Origin: Camelus dromedarius
Lineage: Eukaryota
Direction: 5' to 3'
DNA: 64,000 nt
NCBI RefSeq assembly: GCF_036321535.1
Contig: NC_087437.1
Location: 90,584,001-90,648,000 of the forward strand
Shown piece by piece: positions 1 to 13,893 of the stretch (within the stretch, counting starts at the first letter, position 1; each line of letters begins with the position of its first letter). A program made the translations under genes and the position numbers. The notes under the pieces are model-generated. The model searched no databases. It saw nothing but the letters and a program-made list of their open reading frames with translations, and was not told the origin of the DNA.

Positions 1-565
1 GTGTCTAAATATTATTATCATTAAAAGTAATTAGGGACTCTTAGAAAAAATACCATGTTTCAGGTCTAAGGCAGGGGATGTACAAAAAGAACATAGAAGA
101 GTTTGCTATGCTAGACAGAAAGGAAAGTATCAAAGACTAATGTGGTCATGTCAAAAAATCACAATTGACCATCTTAAGGAGATCCCACTGTCAAAGAATA
201 GATCATTTAAGGACCATAAAATTAATCACTGCAATTAGCTTAAACTATTAAATATATATTTTATATTCATGATAATAAAAATTGTTCTAAAAAGACAGGA
301 AGTCAAAAAAGGGAAAACCTTCTTTATCAATTTTGAAGATATCAAGGACACCAATAATTTACTCAGAAAATCAGTAATAAAAGTCAAAACTAAACATTTT
401 CTTTTCTTTCACTAGGAAATGTACTTTAGATCATTAAATAATTCTGGTTAATAAAGAAAATTTCTTTATATATGAATTCCAGTTGATACATATGAAGGAA
501 AGATAGAATTAGAAATTAATCCTTTTGCAACCACTACTGTAATAATTATATCAAGCAAGAATCAC

Positions 566-1303
566 TATTTGTTCTAGTTCTGTGAAAAATGTCATTGGTA
601 TTTTGACAGAGATTGCAGATTGCATTGAATCTGTAAACTGCCTTAGGTCTTTTGGTCATTTTAACAATACTAACTCCTTAAATCCATGAACATGGTATAT
701 CTTTCCACCTGTTTGTATCCTCATCAATTTCTTTCATGAGTGTCTTATAGTGTTCTGAGTACAAGTCTTTTAACTCCCTGGTTAGATTTATTCTTAGGTA
801 TTTTTTCTTTTTGATGAAATTATAAATCAGACTGTTTCCTTAATTTCTCTTTCTGAGAGTTCGTTGTTAGTATATAGAAGCACAACAGATTTCTATATAT
901 TAATTTTGCATCCTGCAACATTATCAAATTCATTGATGAGGTCTAATAGTTTTTGAAAATATCTTTAGGATTTTCTCTGTATACTGGATGAAGGAAGTCA
1001 AAAGTTACAAACTTCTAGGTATAAGATAAATAAGTACTAGGGATGCAGTGTACAACATGACAAATATAATTAACGATATTGTATGTTATGTAAGAAAGTT
1101 GTTAAGAATGTAAATCCTAAGAGTTCACATCAGAAGAAAAATTTTTTCTATTTTTAATTGTGTCTGTATGAGATGACACACGGTCACTAAACTTATTGTG
1201 ATAATCATTTCATAATGTATATAAGTCAAATCATTATGCTCTGCACCTTAAACATATGCAGTGCTGTATGTCAAATATATCTCAATAAAACTGGAAGAAA
1301 AAA
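566..1303 (+). mobile_element. 5'-inverted truncated L1 (inverted ORF2 piece ~566-983, forward 3' UTR ~985-1303)
   Basis: 566-983 is the reverse complement of ORF2 sequence seen at ~47040-47450; 985-1303 is a forward L1 3' end with AATAAA at 1284 and a short A tail. Confidence 0.85.
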
Positions 1304-1852
1304 GGAATATTTAAAGTATCTAAAAAACATTTTGTGAGAAGTTGATAGAGTATAATTATTCTTAAAGAGCAGAAGTATCTCCCCAAGAGTTCTTTACTGA
1401 TTTCAAGGTGAAAAACAAACAAAAAATTCATAACTCTGTAATGGAGGGAACAAGTTATCACTTCCTGAAGTAACTGATCAAGCACTAATAATGGGTCCAC
1501 CAGACATTATGTGTCTCCTGATAGGATGCAGTATAAAATACAGAGCACCACCTAGAAAATGCTTATGCCAAAATGCTGAATGTAAATCTAATCAGTCTTT
1601 AGATCTTACTTCTAGTTTATAGGGAATTAGAGCAATAAAATTAAATGGCACTACAAAGAAGTAATGTGGGTCATTTTATTATAAAATAATTCACCAGGTT
1701 TTATCAACAAGTCAATGCCATTTAAAAGAGGAATTTTTCAATACTAAAAAAATAACCAATTGCAGGACATAGACACTATAGCATAAAAAGACAATTTTGA
1801 GACAACTGAGAAAAAATGAAATATAGAATTTGTATTATGTTATATTAAGGAC

Positions 1853-2385
1853 TGTTGTGGTTTCAAAACATAGCCTCAAATTTATTTGACACTCCTATCA
1901 TAGAGAGTTAGAGTGGATGTTCCCGCTTCCTGAATCTGGACAGGCTTATTGATGCTTTGACTAAAAGAGTGCATCAGAAATAACTGTATGTGACTCCTGA
2001 AGTCAGGTAATAAAAAAGCCATGTGTTTCTGCCTGGAAATACTGGGTTAGTCACCCAAGAGAAATCAACCGCTATGTAAGAAATCCAACTACCTGATGAC
2101 TGTCATGCTAAAGGGTATATACATAAGTATTCCATTCCTCAAAGCAGATCATCCCTGCTAAGGCAAGAGACGTAAGAATCAAACAGTCTTGAATCCTCTA
2201 AACTGGCCTTGTGTCTTCTAGACACAAACTTTGTACCACTAAGTAATCTTATTGGAGCAAAAGAATCACCTTGCCAAGCACTGCCCAATTTCCTAACACA
2301 AAGATTCATGAACATAATAATTCTGCTGTTGTTTAATACTCCTACATTTAGGATAGATTTTTATGCAAAATAGATAACTGGAATG
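1853..2385 (+). mobile_element. MaLR solo LTR (MLT1F/G-like)
   Basis: Starts tgttgtggtttcaaaacatagcctcaaatttatttgacactcct and ends tatgcaaaatagataactggaat, typical MLT1 termini. Confidence 0.75.
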
Positions 2386-2849
2386 ATTGTTATTAATTGT
2401 TTTAGTTGAGTAATGGTATTAGGGTTTTGAAAATTAATTTTTGTTGGAAATACAAAATAGTATGTTTAAGGGTAAACTATTTCAATATCTGGGATTTGGT
2501 TGAATGATGCATATATGACAAAATAATTATAATTATTGATTTTATGTTATATGTATATGAGAGTTTATTGCATCATACTCTATGGTTTTTATTTGAAAAG
2601 TTTTATATTTTTTAAAGGTGACCTACAAGGAAAAAATTTTAAAAATATATATCTAGTAACTTAAAGAAAGGCAGAGGAGGAAAGAACTAAGGCTCCTCAT
2701 AATTTTAATCCAATCCTAGAAGAAAGCTAGAATTAGCATAGCACTTGAAAAAGAGTTAAAAGATAGACTTGGGAAGAACTAAAGATAGAATGAAAACTAG
2801 GAGATCAAAGAGAACCTCAAAAGACATGATAAAATCACTTTGTAATGTA

Positions 2850-2975
2850 ATTATGTGTTTTATGTGGGTGTACTTCCCACTGGTTTGTGAAATCTTTTGA
2901 GCAACGACATTATCTTCGCCTTCGTATTCCCAGTGGCTAGCATACTACCTATGCTCTGGGCACTGAGTAAATATC
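2850..2975 (+). mobile_element. L2 3' end fragment
   Basis: ttcgtattcccagtggctagcatactacctatgctctgggcactgagtaaatat resembles the L2 terminal motif. Confidence 0.55.
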
Positions 2976-3384
2976 ATATAAAGGAAGAAAAAAGTTTGCA
3001 GGGATTGGAATTTAAAAACCCCTATGTATTAGTTAAAAAAACTCAACATCCAATCCAAAGAGGAGGATGTATTGAGGTTAAGGGTCTGTATTCAGGACTC
3101 TGTGCACTGGTCTGTCATGTTAGGGTGGATATTATGGATGTGCAAGGCATACATTCAAACTGCACAATGTATGATCGAAGGCGAGAAATGGAGAGAAAAA
3201 AATAAACACTGTAAATTAATTTTGCTTCGCCTAAAACAAATATAAACGTTTTTAAGCACATAATAACTTATAGTGTTAAAAAAAAAAAACTGATAGGAGG
3301 AGATAATTTTAGCTCCTCAGAAAAAAATGCTATAGCAATAAAATAAACTTTAAAAGATGAATTATGATGATGGTAATCATCATC

Positions 3385-3560
3385 ATCACCAGCATTGCCT
3401 ATTACTGAATATTAGGTACTTTACAATCATTATTGCTAATGCATGCAGCATCATTGCAAGGGAAGTATTATTTTAATTTTAAAGACGAGGAAATTAAAGG
3501 TCAGAGATTTAAGTATCTTGCTAGAAATCTCACGTGTAATAAACACATTTGACGTGCGAC
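3385..3560 (-). mobile_element. MIR SINE
   Basis: Core attttaaagacgaggaaattaaaggtcagagatttaagtatcttgc matches the reverse MIR core. Confidence 0.7.
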
Positions 3561-5867
3561 AAGAATAGCAGAAATAACAACAGAAAACCAAACTCACAGT
3601 TAATAATATCTCCATTTCTCCAAGAGAAAATTGAGATATGGTTTCATGTAATTCATGAGTGGCTAGAGTTTGAGTTCTTCCTAACTCCAAAATACTTGGC
3701 AATAAAGTCGAAAGTGTAAGCCAATATGTAATACCAAGTTGAAGGATGCTAATTTAGATGCACATGCTATAGTTGTGAATATTTACCCCAAAATTCTGGG
3801 AAAAGTGGGTCAGAGACACTGATGGTATTTTTATACAAGGAAAAATAGAGGTTGTATAACGCAATGTGAAAGATATTAGGTTTTCTGATCCTGCCATAGT
3901 AATAGCTGAAATTAATTTCTCAAAAGCTGAGGAATTTGGCAGAGATATTTAGAGGTTGAGAATATCCCTTTGAGAACAAGAAGAAATTAAAAAATGTAAG
4001 AGGGATGATCAAGGATAGAGAATTCCTGCTCACCTTTCCAGATGTCACAAAGTGGTGGCTCATATTATAAAAATGATATGAAGAAAACTCCCCAGGGAAG
4101 GAATCAAGCCAATAGCTTTAAAGAGCAAATAGCTGTAGAAATCTTTAAAGGAGTACACAGACTGAGAAAGCCAGAGTGAGGATGTGGAAGCAGAGATCCA
4201 CACAGAAATAACAGGCCTGTAAAGAGAGCCAGGGTGATGAGAGAAGAAAGAGAAAGCCAGATAAAAATAAAGACACTTCCCTCCCATAGACATCTGAGGT
4301 TGTGTAGAGGAAATAAGACAGAGTAGTGGAGAGTGAAAAGTCACAGGTTAAGTTGGCACTAATGAAAACAATGGCAATGCTTGTGTTCCCTAAATAATGG
4401 GACTGATCTTTATTAAAAAAACAAAAAACAAACAAAAAACCTTCAGAAACAAGAAAGAAGAAGGAATCTGAGCTGATTCAAGGTGCCAACAAAAACTAAA
4501 TAATTTACTGGAAACTATCACAGTTCAAGAAGAGAGTTCAAGGAAGAAAGTACTCTAATGAACTATTGCTGTTAAATTAAGCACATTTGAGATATTATTT
4601 ACTACAATATTTGAGAATGGTCATCCTGAGTACATCCTGAGTTAATTTTTTTTTAAGAATTGAAAGATATGTATTAATAATCAGAGACTATGAAACAAGA
4701 CATGGATTTTTAGATTTTTCGTAGCAGTGGGCACCATGGTAGAAGCGGAAAAGCTGTTGGGTTGGAGAATCTGAAGCGATTATCAGGCTTTAAGAGGAAA
4801 GTGGGAAGAACATTAATTTTATTTCAATGAAGCAAATGTTTGATCAGGAACACAACAACACAAATAGTTTCTCTTTAAGACCATCTGTCTGATCGTTGTT
4901 GAAATATGTGAAGACATTTCCCAGCAACACCGTCAGCAGCCCATATCCAGCGGTGGGGGAATGTGTGTGAAGGGTGTGTAACTCAAGGTGCCAGAGAAAT
5001 GAGACAAGACTGCTTTGCTAGCTTCTCTCTGTGTGTACGGTCAGAACACTTTTTACAAGAAGATTTTTAGACATTTCCCAGGAAGTAAAATAGGCACATG
5101 AAAATGGGATGCTAATCTATACTCTGAAATGAATATTATTTCATGCGGATGACACTGCTCTTCCAGTTACAAGAGAAGCACAGGAGGTAGACAAATACGA
5201 ATAGTGTTCTCCAGAGAGCTGTAGGAAGTACGCTTAAGCAGATCACAGTAGCAAAACCATAAATGTGGTCCCACATGCAAACGTGGTGCTATAATATGTG
5301 ACAATGCAGAGACTGACTCAAGGAGAAGTATTGGCCTGCACTTTATGAAGAGGAATATGGTGCAAAATAAAATAAGACATGGAACGGAAAAGTAAGTGAA
5401 GAAATTAAGGAAACATTCACTATTAGAAAATGGGACAAGGCTGGGTGAACAGCTTCCAGTGACAGTTTTTTGTGCCTTAGTTCAATGTGGTCCCTCCACA
5501 GAGATGTGGCTCTTCTGCCAGGGGCTTTTTTCAAGTTCCACTGGAAACACAGGGACAATTTAAAAGAGGGCCACCTACCTGGGGAAAGGAGGACTCTACA
5601 ATTTATTATTGTGTCTGTATGTTTTAAAGTGAACTGTAATAATTCTTTGGGGAACAAACTTCAAATTTCATGAGCTCATGTGAAGGAATGAGGGAACGAG
5701 AGTGCTTTACTGAAGATAAAATTTTTTTGAAGGAAGAAATTACGAAAGGATATAGTGAAGTAGATGACAGCATAGAGTATAAAGCCTAAGACTTAAAAAA
5801 GGAAAATTAGGAAAGTATCATACTTAGAGATACAGAATCATCAAGAGAAGGACTAGCCAGAAAAGTG

Positions 5868-6125
5868 GTGCTATACAGTATGACCGTGTTGTTTATCTAT
5901 TATATACGTATTAGTATCTGCAAATCTCATACTCCTAGTTCATTCCTTCCCACTCCCTTTCCCCTCTAGTAACCATAGTTTGTTTTCTATGTCTGTGAGT
6001 CTGTTTCTGTTTTGTAAATAAGTTTGTTTGTCTTTTTTTTTTTTAGACTCCACATATAAGTGATAGCATATGGTATTTTTTTCTCTTTCTGGCTTACTTC
6101 ACTTAGAGTGACAATCTCCAGGTTT
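5868..6125 (-). mobile_element. L1 3' UTR fragment lacking poly(A) and TSD
   Basis: Collinear with 55463-55720 and the reverse complement of ~14145-14405. Confidence 0.9.
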
Positions 6126-8397
6126 GCAATTATTTTGAATGTGGATTATATAGATATGTCAGAGCTTTTCTTCCTTATTCCCAAAGTAGGGACCTGAATA
6201 AATATAATGAATACAGGGAAGGAAAGCACCAACATTTGCAAGAGAATTGGAGACTGAGACTGTCATTGCCAGAGTTAACTTGTCCTATTCCAAAACTGTG
6301 CCTTAGGTTGTTGCCAGGGGAGAAAATGAGGAGAAAACAGCATCCTCCTAGAAGTTCTGGGCAGCTACTCGTAACACTCAAAATACAGGCTATTACAATT
6401 TTGACATTAATTTGACTCTAAGGTCATTTACATGGACTTCTTGGTGAGGCCTGTGTCCCTAACTACCATTTATAATAGGTATTCTACGGGAAGATGTCTT
6501 CCAACATCATATCAACAGGTAAATGGTTGCCTATTCCTGCTATTTTCAAACAGCAGTTGTAGTTACTAATGTTGTTACAGAGAAAAAAAAAAGTTCCTTT
6601 CTATAAATAAGAAAAATTTTAAGCTGGCTTTGGAGTAGACTGTTAATTATAATATAACACATACTAAAATATAATGTGAACTCATAGTGCCAGAAAAGAG
6701 CAAAACAAGAGGGTAAAACACTTGTTTACACATCAAATCTCAGGATATCTCTTCACCAAAAACTTGGGTCTTCCTGTGTGCACGTGTGTGTTGAAAAAGA
6801 AGACAACATAGTAATTCAGGGTATAACTATTTTTACTGGAAGAAGACATAGAAGTAATTTCTTTCCTCAGCATTAACAAAATAATGAATCACTTAAACAA
6901 GAAGTATAATTCAGGATCATATTTAGATCATGTTCACATACATGTGCAGAGATTACTTATTTGCAAATAAGCCTAAAATTCTTTCAACACATACACAAAA
7001 ATCCAATTTTAATTTTCTAACTGCTTTCTTTGCCATTTGCTCCAGTTGTTTTGACAAACGGTTCCTTGGTGAGTACTTTTAAAAAATGGATAGAAAGGAG
7101 TGAATGATTCTGGAAGGCAAGGACAAAAGTAAGTAAGTATTTGAGAAGGTGGCCTTCAGGGTGAGTTAAATTGTCATCTACTATATAGGGTAATAAAATT
7201 TTCAACATCCTTTTAGAAATAAAATTTTTCATTTTGTGAGGTATGATTCTCTGTAATTCTTATCCCCATAAAGGCTACATCTGTAAATAGGGCGTGTATG
7301 CCAGCTTCAAACTAAGTCAGAGTTCTTTGTTTTCCAACCGCAGGTCATGATCTTGTGTGTGCGTGTGTGCATGGGGAGGGGGGGTGAGAAAGGAAGAGGG
7401 AGAGAATATTTTGTTGTACTCTCCTAAACAATGAAGTGCATCTCTGACTTTTATTTGATTGCTACTTTATATTCTTTCTTTCCAGTATAACATTACTTAA
7501 TCGTTTCTTTTTTCTCTATGATATCTATATGCTAAAATATCTGCATGTTACTTCTTCATTCTTAAAGATGACAAAATAACTAAATCTGCAAGTCCTCGTA
7601 GCTCACACAGCAGCTGGCTTGTACGGCATCCAACAAATGAACCTACACACCTGTGAGTGCTTAATAGTCTCTTTTTTCCCCCTATATTTTAAAATCTTTT
7701 CATAATAAAATATTTGGTATTTGGGAATGCATTTTAAGCTTGCCACCAAAATCACTGAATTTATATCTATCATCTTTTATATATAATAAAGTAAGCCAGA
7801 ATGTTTTATTGTCACAATTAAACTGGAAATCCCTCAGAAATAAAAATTTGAGATTTCCTTCTGAAAAATTGATTCATTAAAATTCTAGGCCTGAGTTTTC
7901 ACGATTTAATTTCTTCATAGATAGACAAATAGATATTTATAACGATTCTCTACTTACAGCTTTGCTATCTAGGGGGAAAAGTTGCCAGACAAGCAAGTAA
8001 GCATATCGGTCAATCTAGCTTGATTGCTTTCCTCCAGCGATGGACAATTTTAATTTCCTATCACATTTATAGTCATCATATTTGAGAAAGGGCACAATAG
8101 GTTAATGAAATCATTATAATTTCATTCAAATGATATATATTTTAAAAGCTCAATTAAAGAAACAGATACTAGGGTACCACATTTTATTTTGCCTTATGGA
8201 TACCATGGCTCTATAGCACCTGGGAAAGGCACTGAAAAAACACATTTCCCAATGCTAAAATGAATGTGAAGTCATTATCATCACTAAACCAATCCATGAA
8301 GTACATCTATTTTGTGAAAATAGATGATGCTATATTGAAACTTCATTTCTTCTTTCATCTTTTCAATGCATGGTTTATCAAATTCTGTTCTTTTTAA

Positions 8398-8645
8398 GGT
8401 AGCATAGCAAAGTGATTTCTAAAGAGTACTCAGAAGTTAGACTGAGTTGGAATTTTAACTTCATTACTTATTACCTTTTAAGCAAGGTAATAAACCTCTC
8501 TAATCATCAGTCTCTTCATCTGTAAGATGGACAGATTAACTAGCCTTACTGTGATGGGGGAATGAGATAATAAATATAAAATCACAGTGACTGACATACA
8601 ATAAGATGTTAATAAATTTTGTCTATTATTGTTATTGTTACTATT
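8398..8645 (+). mobile_element. MIR SINE
   Basis: aacctctctaatcatcagtctcttcatctgtaagatgg core and tattattgttatt tail. Confidence 0.75.
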
Positions 8646-8740
8646 ATTATGTCACATTATGGAACATTAAGAAATGATAATACACTCCCTTCCCCTCAAT
8701 TTATTGGTGTCCAGGTGAGAAAGCAGAGATAATGTTAGTA

Positions 8741-8947
8741 TGCTAATATTGTGCTAAGATCTAACCTAAATACTTTATCTATAGTAACTCATCTACATTG
8801 TCATTGACTATGTTAGGTAAGATTTTTGAGTATTCCCATTGTACACATAAGAAAATAAGGGCATCACAGGATAAGGGATTGCTGTAAGTTTACAGCTAAT
8901 TAGAACTGAGTTGGGATATAAACCCAGGCAGTCTGGATCCAGAGTCA
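8741..8947 (-). mobile_element. MIR SINE
   Basis: attcccattgtacacataagaaaataaggg and aacccaggcagtctggatccagagtc match reverse MIR. Confidence 0.75.
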
Positions 8948-9534
8948 TTATTTTTGTTTATTTGTTTTCTTGACAGTATTACAATTGAATATACTTCCTA
9001 TAAATCCTTAAATCTTTGGATAAGAAAAGAAGTTAGGAAAATATGAAATGCTTCAGAGTACTCCCTTCCTGGCCATGAAGTCTCAAGTAACAAACACAAT
9101 TCCCTCTCACAGAACAAGGAGGAGTGGTTGTCCTCAAACACACTCAATGTTTTTCCTCCAGTTATAACTCAGCAACCAGGACACCAGTCTCTGTTAACAA
9201 AATCTCCCCAATTTCCAGTGTGCTAAGTAGTTTCTTCACACTGTACAATTATTGCAGCATCCCCTGCTAGGGACAAGAAAAATTCTTCAGGGCATTCAGC
9301 TATGACCTTTTCCCCAAACACTACCACTGCTTCTGGCGCAAATGATCCATGTTCTCCACCTAAGTCATTTACCTCACATCTGCTCTGGGCCCAGCACCAG
9401 GCAAGATAATGAGAGAAATTCAATGCTACTGTCCTTGCTTTTTGAATGCTTACAACCTTTTAAACAAATATGCAACCATAATGCATGATCTTATTATGGA
9501 ATCTTGGAAGAGGAATAATGTCTGTCTCCAAAAC

Positions 9535-9620
9535 ATACATATACGTGTATGTGTGGGTGTATATACATATATATATATGCATTGTATTTATATGTATATA
9601 TGTATTTATATACATATAAA
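9535..9620. repeat. Degenerate (TA)n/(TG)n simple repeat
   Basis: Directly visible. Confidence 0.8.
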
Positions 9621-9824
9621 TGACATTTGATTATCAATACAGTGAGAAACTCTATTTTAGAATTATTTTCTCCCCTCCACTCAATGACAAGAATCTGGGT
9701 ATTTATTCATTTCTATGACTGGGGGTGGAATATAATTCCTATTTCATCCTTACAGACACTACGCATTTTCTGGGGAATCCCAGGTTTATGGGGGTATATT
9801 TTGACCCTAAATTTTCTTCTCAAC

Positions 9825-10660
9825 TGACAACACTTCTGCCACCAAATGCATGGATTTTTCACATATAGTAAATAATTCTCCAATTTTTTGCAGACACCAA
9901 CAGGGTGTCTTACATTTTAATTCAATTCTGATACTAACTACCTGGAGTTAAAGCAGACCCCTCAGGTTAAGAGCTCAGAGTGTCCCATTTCAGATGTCAG
10001 TCAAGTAGCAGGTCCAGGTTACCCACACTTCTGTCTGAACTGGCTACAAATCAGTAGTTCCCATGACACTCCCCTCAGGTTTGATAATTTGGTTTAATGG
10101 CTCACAGAACTCATGGAAACACTTTTTACTCAGTATTACCAGTTTATTATGAAGGATATAATAAAGGATATAAACAAACAGCCAGATGAAGAGTATACAG
10201 GGTTAGGTCCAAAAAGAGTCCCCAAAGCAGTAATATCTATCCTTATAGAACTGGGGTACACCACCCTCCTGGCATGTGGATGTATTCATAAACCTGGAAG
10301 CTCTCTGAACCCCATAAAATTTAGGGATTTTTATGGAAGCTTCATCATATAGGCATGATCAATTATAAACTCAGTCTCCAGCCTCTCTCTCCTTCCTAGA
10401 GAGAGAATAAAGTGATGGGACCGATACTTCAAAGTTTCTATTCATGCTAAGTCATTAGCCCTTATTCTGGAACTATCCAGGAGTCCACCAAGGGTTTCCT
10501 AATTTGAACAAGACATTCCTATTGCCCTGGAAATTTCAAAGGATTTTGGAGTTTTGTGTAAGACTCTTCTCACCACATTACTCAGAAAATTACAAAGGTT
10601 TAGGAGGTCTCTGTCAGGAACTAGGGACAGAGACCAAATATGTATTTTTTATAATGTCAT
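9825..10660 (-). mobile_element. ERVL LTR (MER21-like)
   Basis: ggctacaaatcagtagttcccatgac, ggctcacagaactcatggaaacac, cagccagatgaagag and tgtcaggaactagggacagagaccaaatatgtattt match recalled MER21; left boundary approximate. Confidence 0.8.
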
Positions 10661-10681
10661 AGCCACTACATGTTGGTTAGG

Positions 10682-10855
10682 TATGGTAACCATGAAGGTG
10701 TCCTGCTCAGATATCACTTCAGGAGAACTTGCTGCAATGACTGTATTTAGCTGATAGCCTCCAGATACCATACCTCAGATTAGTCACCATGTTCATGAGA
10801 CTGAACTTCATGGGCTCCTCTCAGTCAATGACAGAGCCCAGGGAAATAAGAGAGT
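10682..10855 (+). mobile_element. LTR16-like ERVL LTR, 5' fragment
   Basis: ttagctgatagcctccag and cagtcaatgacagagc match recalled LTR16. Confidence 0.6.
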
Positions 10856-11429
10856 CACCTTGTCTATTTCTACTCCTTCCCCTACTTATCTCTCACAGTT
10901 GTTTGTATTATCTTTATATATTTCTAGGAGGATCCAAACTGACAGCAGACCTTGTGTTTACCTTCTGTCTTGTAAGAAACATAAAGTCTGGAAACCAAAC
11001 TGGAAGCTCTCTCAAGTGGACAAAAAATAACTTTAGGGAACCACCTACATCACTGACTTCTCATTTTCACTTAGTTTTTGACATAACTGTTGTGTATTTA
11101 TCTATGATATTATGAATGCATTTAATAAATAACTATAGTTAAATATGTTACCAATTATTTTCAGTTTCTGCTTTGTTTTTGTTAGTATTTTTTGCGTAGG
11201 AATGTTGGTGTGAGACTTAGCCTCCCTTCTTCCTAGATTGTTCATAACCACACCCTAGCTCTCACAATTCAATAAAATTCAAAAAGAAACACTATATCTG
11301 ATGATTAAAAACAAACAAAAAAAATGCAACTATTTTAAAGTGGTTCAGGACTTTTTACTGCACCTCATTTCTTGATTTAAAAATCTCTCTGAAAGAATCC
11401 TCTCCCAAGGATCAAAGAATTCCCAAAGA

Positions 11430-13100
11430 GAAAAATAGGGAAAAGTCACAAAGCATAAAATCTACAAAGCACAGAAGAGTGACAATCCAAGAATCAACAA
11501 ACAACAGAATAAGACTCACCAAGAATCCAGATACACACAATCCTAAAGTTAAACTTCAAGCAGAAGAAAAACAATCTCACATTATATGGTATAATATTCC
11601 AGAAGGAATAAAGAACTAAGAGATTAGTTAATAAGTATACAAATCAAAACAAACATTATGACTGAAAAAAAATAATAGTTATGAATTATGGTGTTAAAGA
11701 TTGAACTAAATAGACGTCAATAGCATATAAATTGGAGAGAGTAATAGGTTTAGGAGGGTCAAAAACAAACCAAAAAATAGCAACCACATGTCAAAAGTTA
11801 GATTCTGAAGTAAAATACACCCTTTAAATCTACTAGGCAGGAGACTCCTGGAACTTTGGCTTGTCCCTCAGAGGCAAGATTACACCAAAGTAACCTAAAT
11901 CATTATTAAATTATTTGTCAACTTGGTATTCAAATAAGAAAAAAGTGAAATTGGATCTCTCCCCAACATTACTCTATGAAGTAAAATCAATTCCAGGTGG
12001 AATAGGACAAATGTAAAGAATTGAATTATAAAACTTTTAGAAGTCATTTCAGGGGAATATATTTATAAACTGAACATAGCAAAAAAAAGTTGACACAAAA
12101 CAAAAACAAACAAACAAAAGAAAACACTGAATATGTGATATGACTACATAAGTAAACAGTTGTTTATCAAAAGACCATAAAAAATGAAAATGATAATTTC
12201 TGATTAAGAAAAATTATTTTACTACATAAAAATGACGAAGATAATTCAGAATATGTAATGAAAAAATCTACAAAAAATAAGAGAAAGACAAAAAATTATA
12301 AAACAAACAATATACTCAAACTGCACTAATAGGAGAAATCTGAATCTTCATTAAAACAACAAAAATATGCTCAAATGTATTAGCAATGTGAAAATACAAA
12401 CTAAAATCATAATGTAGCACTATTTTACATATAACTACATCATTGTAAAAATTAATAGCCTTCAAATATCAAATTTTGGTGATGATGTGAAATGACAGAA
12501 CTTTTTATTGCTGGCAGGAGGGCAGGTAGATTAACACTTTGGAAAACTACTTGGCATTACGAAAATAAATCGATGACATGTCTGTCTAATGACTAGAAAT
12601 TTAAATCCTCAATATTTATCTGGAAGACCCTCTTATATACCTACTCCAAGAGGCATATACATCTATACAGTGTAACACTGTATAGCAATATAAATGAATG
12701 AACTTCAACTACCTGCAGTAACATAGAGGGGAAAACCTTAAGTTCAAAAACCTCAAGTTGAGCTAAAAAAGCAAGTCTTTGATAAATATATACAATTTAA
12801 TTATATTTTAATAAATTTTAGAAGCATGTGAAATAAACAAAGAACTGTTTAAAATCTCAAAATGAGTGATAATGTTTTTCTAAAGCATATGAAAAATAAA
12901 TCTAAAAGTCATGATAGAGGTACCTCCTAAAAGAAAGGAGAAGGGATAGGGGAAAAGCGGGTACAAAGAAGATGTTAAAGGCAATGAGACTACTTTGTCC
13001 CTTAAACAGGGTGACTTGTATGTAAGAGTTTATTATTATTTTTTGTGCTTTATACCTCTTTTTAATACATATGCTTTAAATAATAAAAGTTATTTTTAAA
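11430..13100 (+). mobile_element. Ancient L1ME-like fragments
   Basis: A-rich sequence with decayed ORF2/3' motifs (aaaatcaattccaggtgg, aacactttggaaaactacttggca, aatgaatgaacttcaactacctgcagtaacat). Confidence 0.65.
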
Positions 13101-13699
13101 TTGACTGTTTTCAAGTGAAAATATAATTTTTAAATGGCATAAATGAAAAAGTAAACCTATATAAATAACTACTCAAGGAATTTTATGTGAAGTATTATAT
13201 AATGCAACTAGAATACGTATGCATTTAACTTATACAAAATATCAATTTAAATATATCAGCTAATGAAATATTACATAGCTATGAGAATACATATATTTAC
13301 TTGAAAACTAATTTATGCAGTTTCTGAAAATGCATTTTTTATTACATAATAAAAAGGAAGTGCAAGCCTCTTTAGATTTTAGCTTAAGAAATAAAAATTT
13401 TGGCTCATGCTTAGATGGAATCTGATTAAAGGAGATTTCAAAGACATTCTGCTCCTTCCCATGTAAACTTTCCTAATACAGATATCCTTAGTAATTTATA
13501 TACAGTTTAATGTACTGCCCATGCTTAGAATTTTCAAATAACCAATAACATCAAAAATTTAAATTATCACTGCTCTAAAAATTGATTCCTTTACTGACTG
13601 AACCCCAGAGTTGAATAAAAATCCCATTTGTAGACTTCTTTTTCCCCAGTATATTTCTTTCAGTGAATTAACCTCACTTGGAAATTGCTATTTTTCCTT

Positions 13700-13835
13700 C
13701 TCTTTTTAGAAATTAGGTTATAAGCTCCATGAGAATAGGGATCCTGTCTGTCCTATTCACCTATCCCAGGATCTATCATAGTGTCTGGTAAGAACTAGAT
13801 GCTTGATAAATACTTATTAAGTTAACAAATGAATA
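13700..13835 (+). mobile_element. L2 3' end
   Basis: tataagctccatgagaatagggatcctgtctgtcctattcac...gcttgataaatactt. Confidence 0.75.
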
Positions 13836-13893
13836 TCATCACAAGTTAATGAACAGAGGAGGGATAAAAATAAGAGACAATATTTTAAAAGCA

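Larger units (their letters stand above)
30..2600 (+). mobile_element. Ancient L1M (L1MC/L1ME-like) 3' region, interrupted by a younger L1 (566-1303) and an MLT1 LTR (1853-2385)
   Basis: Diverged matches to recalled L1MC-type 3' sequence (gtttcaggtctaaggcagggg, aagtatcaaagactaatgtggtcatgtcaaa, cagacattatgtgtctcctgataggatgcag); homology resumes after each nested insertion. Confidence 0.6.

Noticed and set aside
4730..4774. Kozak-like gcaccATGG start
   Set aside because: Stop codon after 12 codons.
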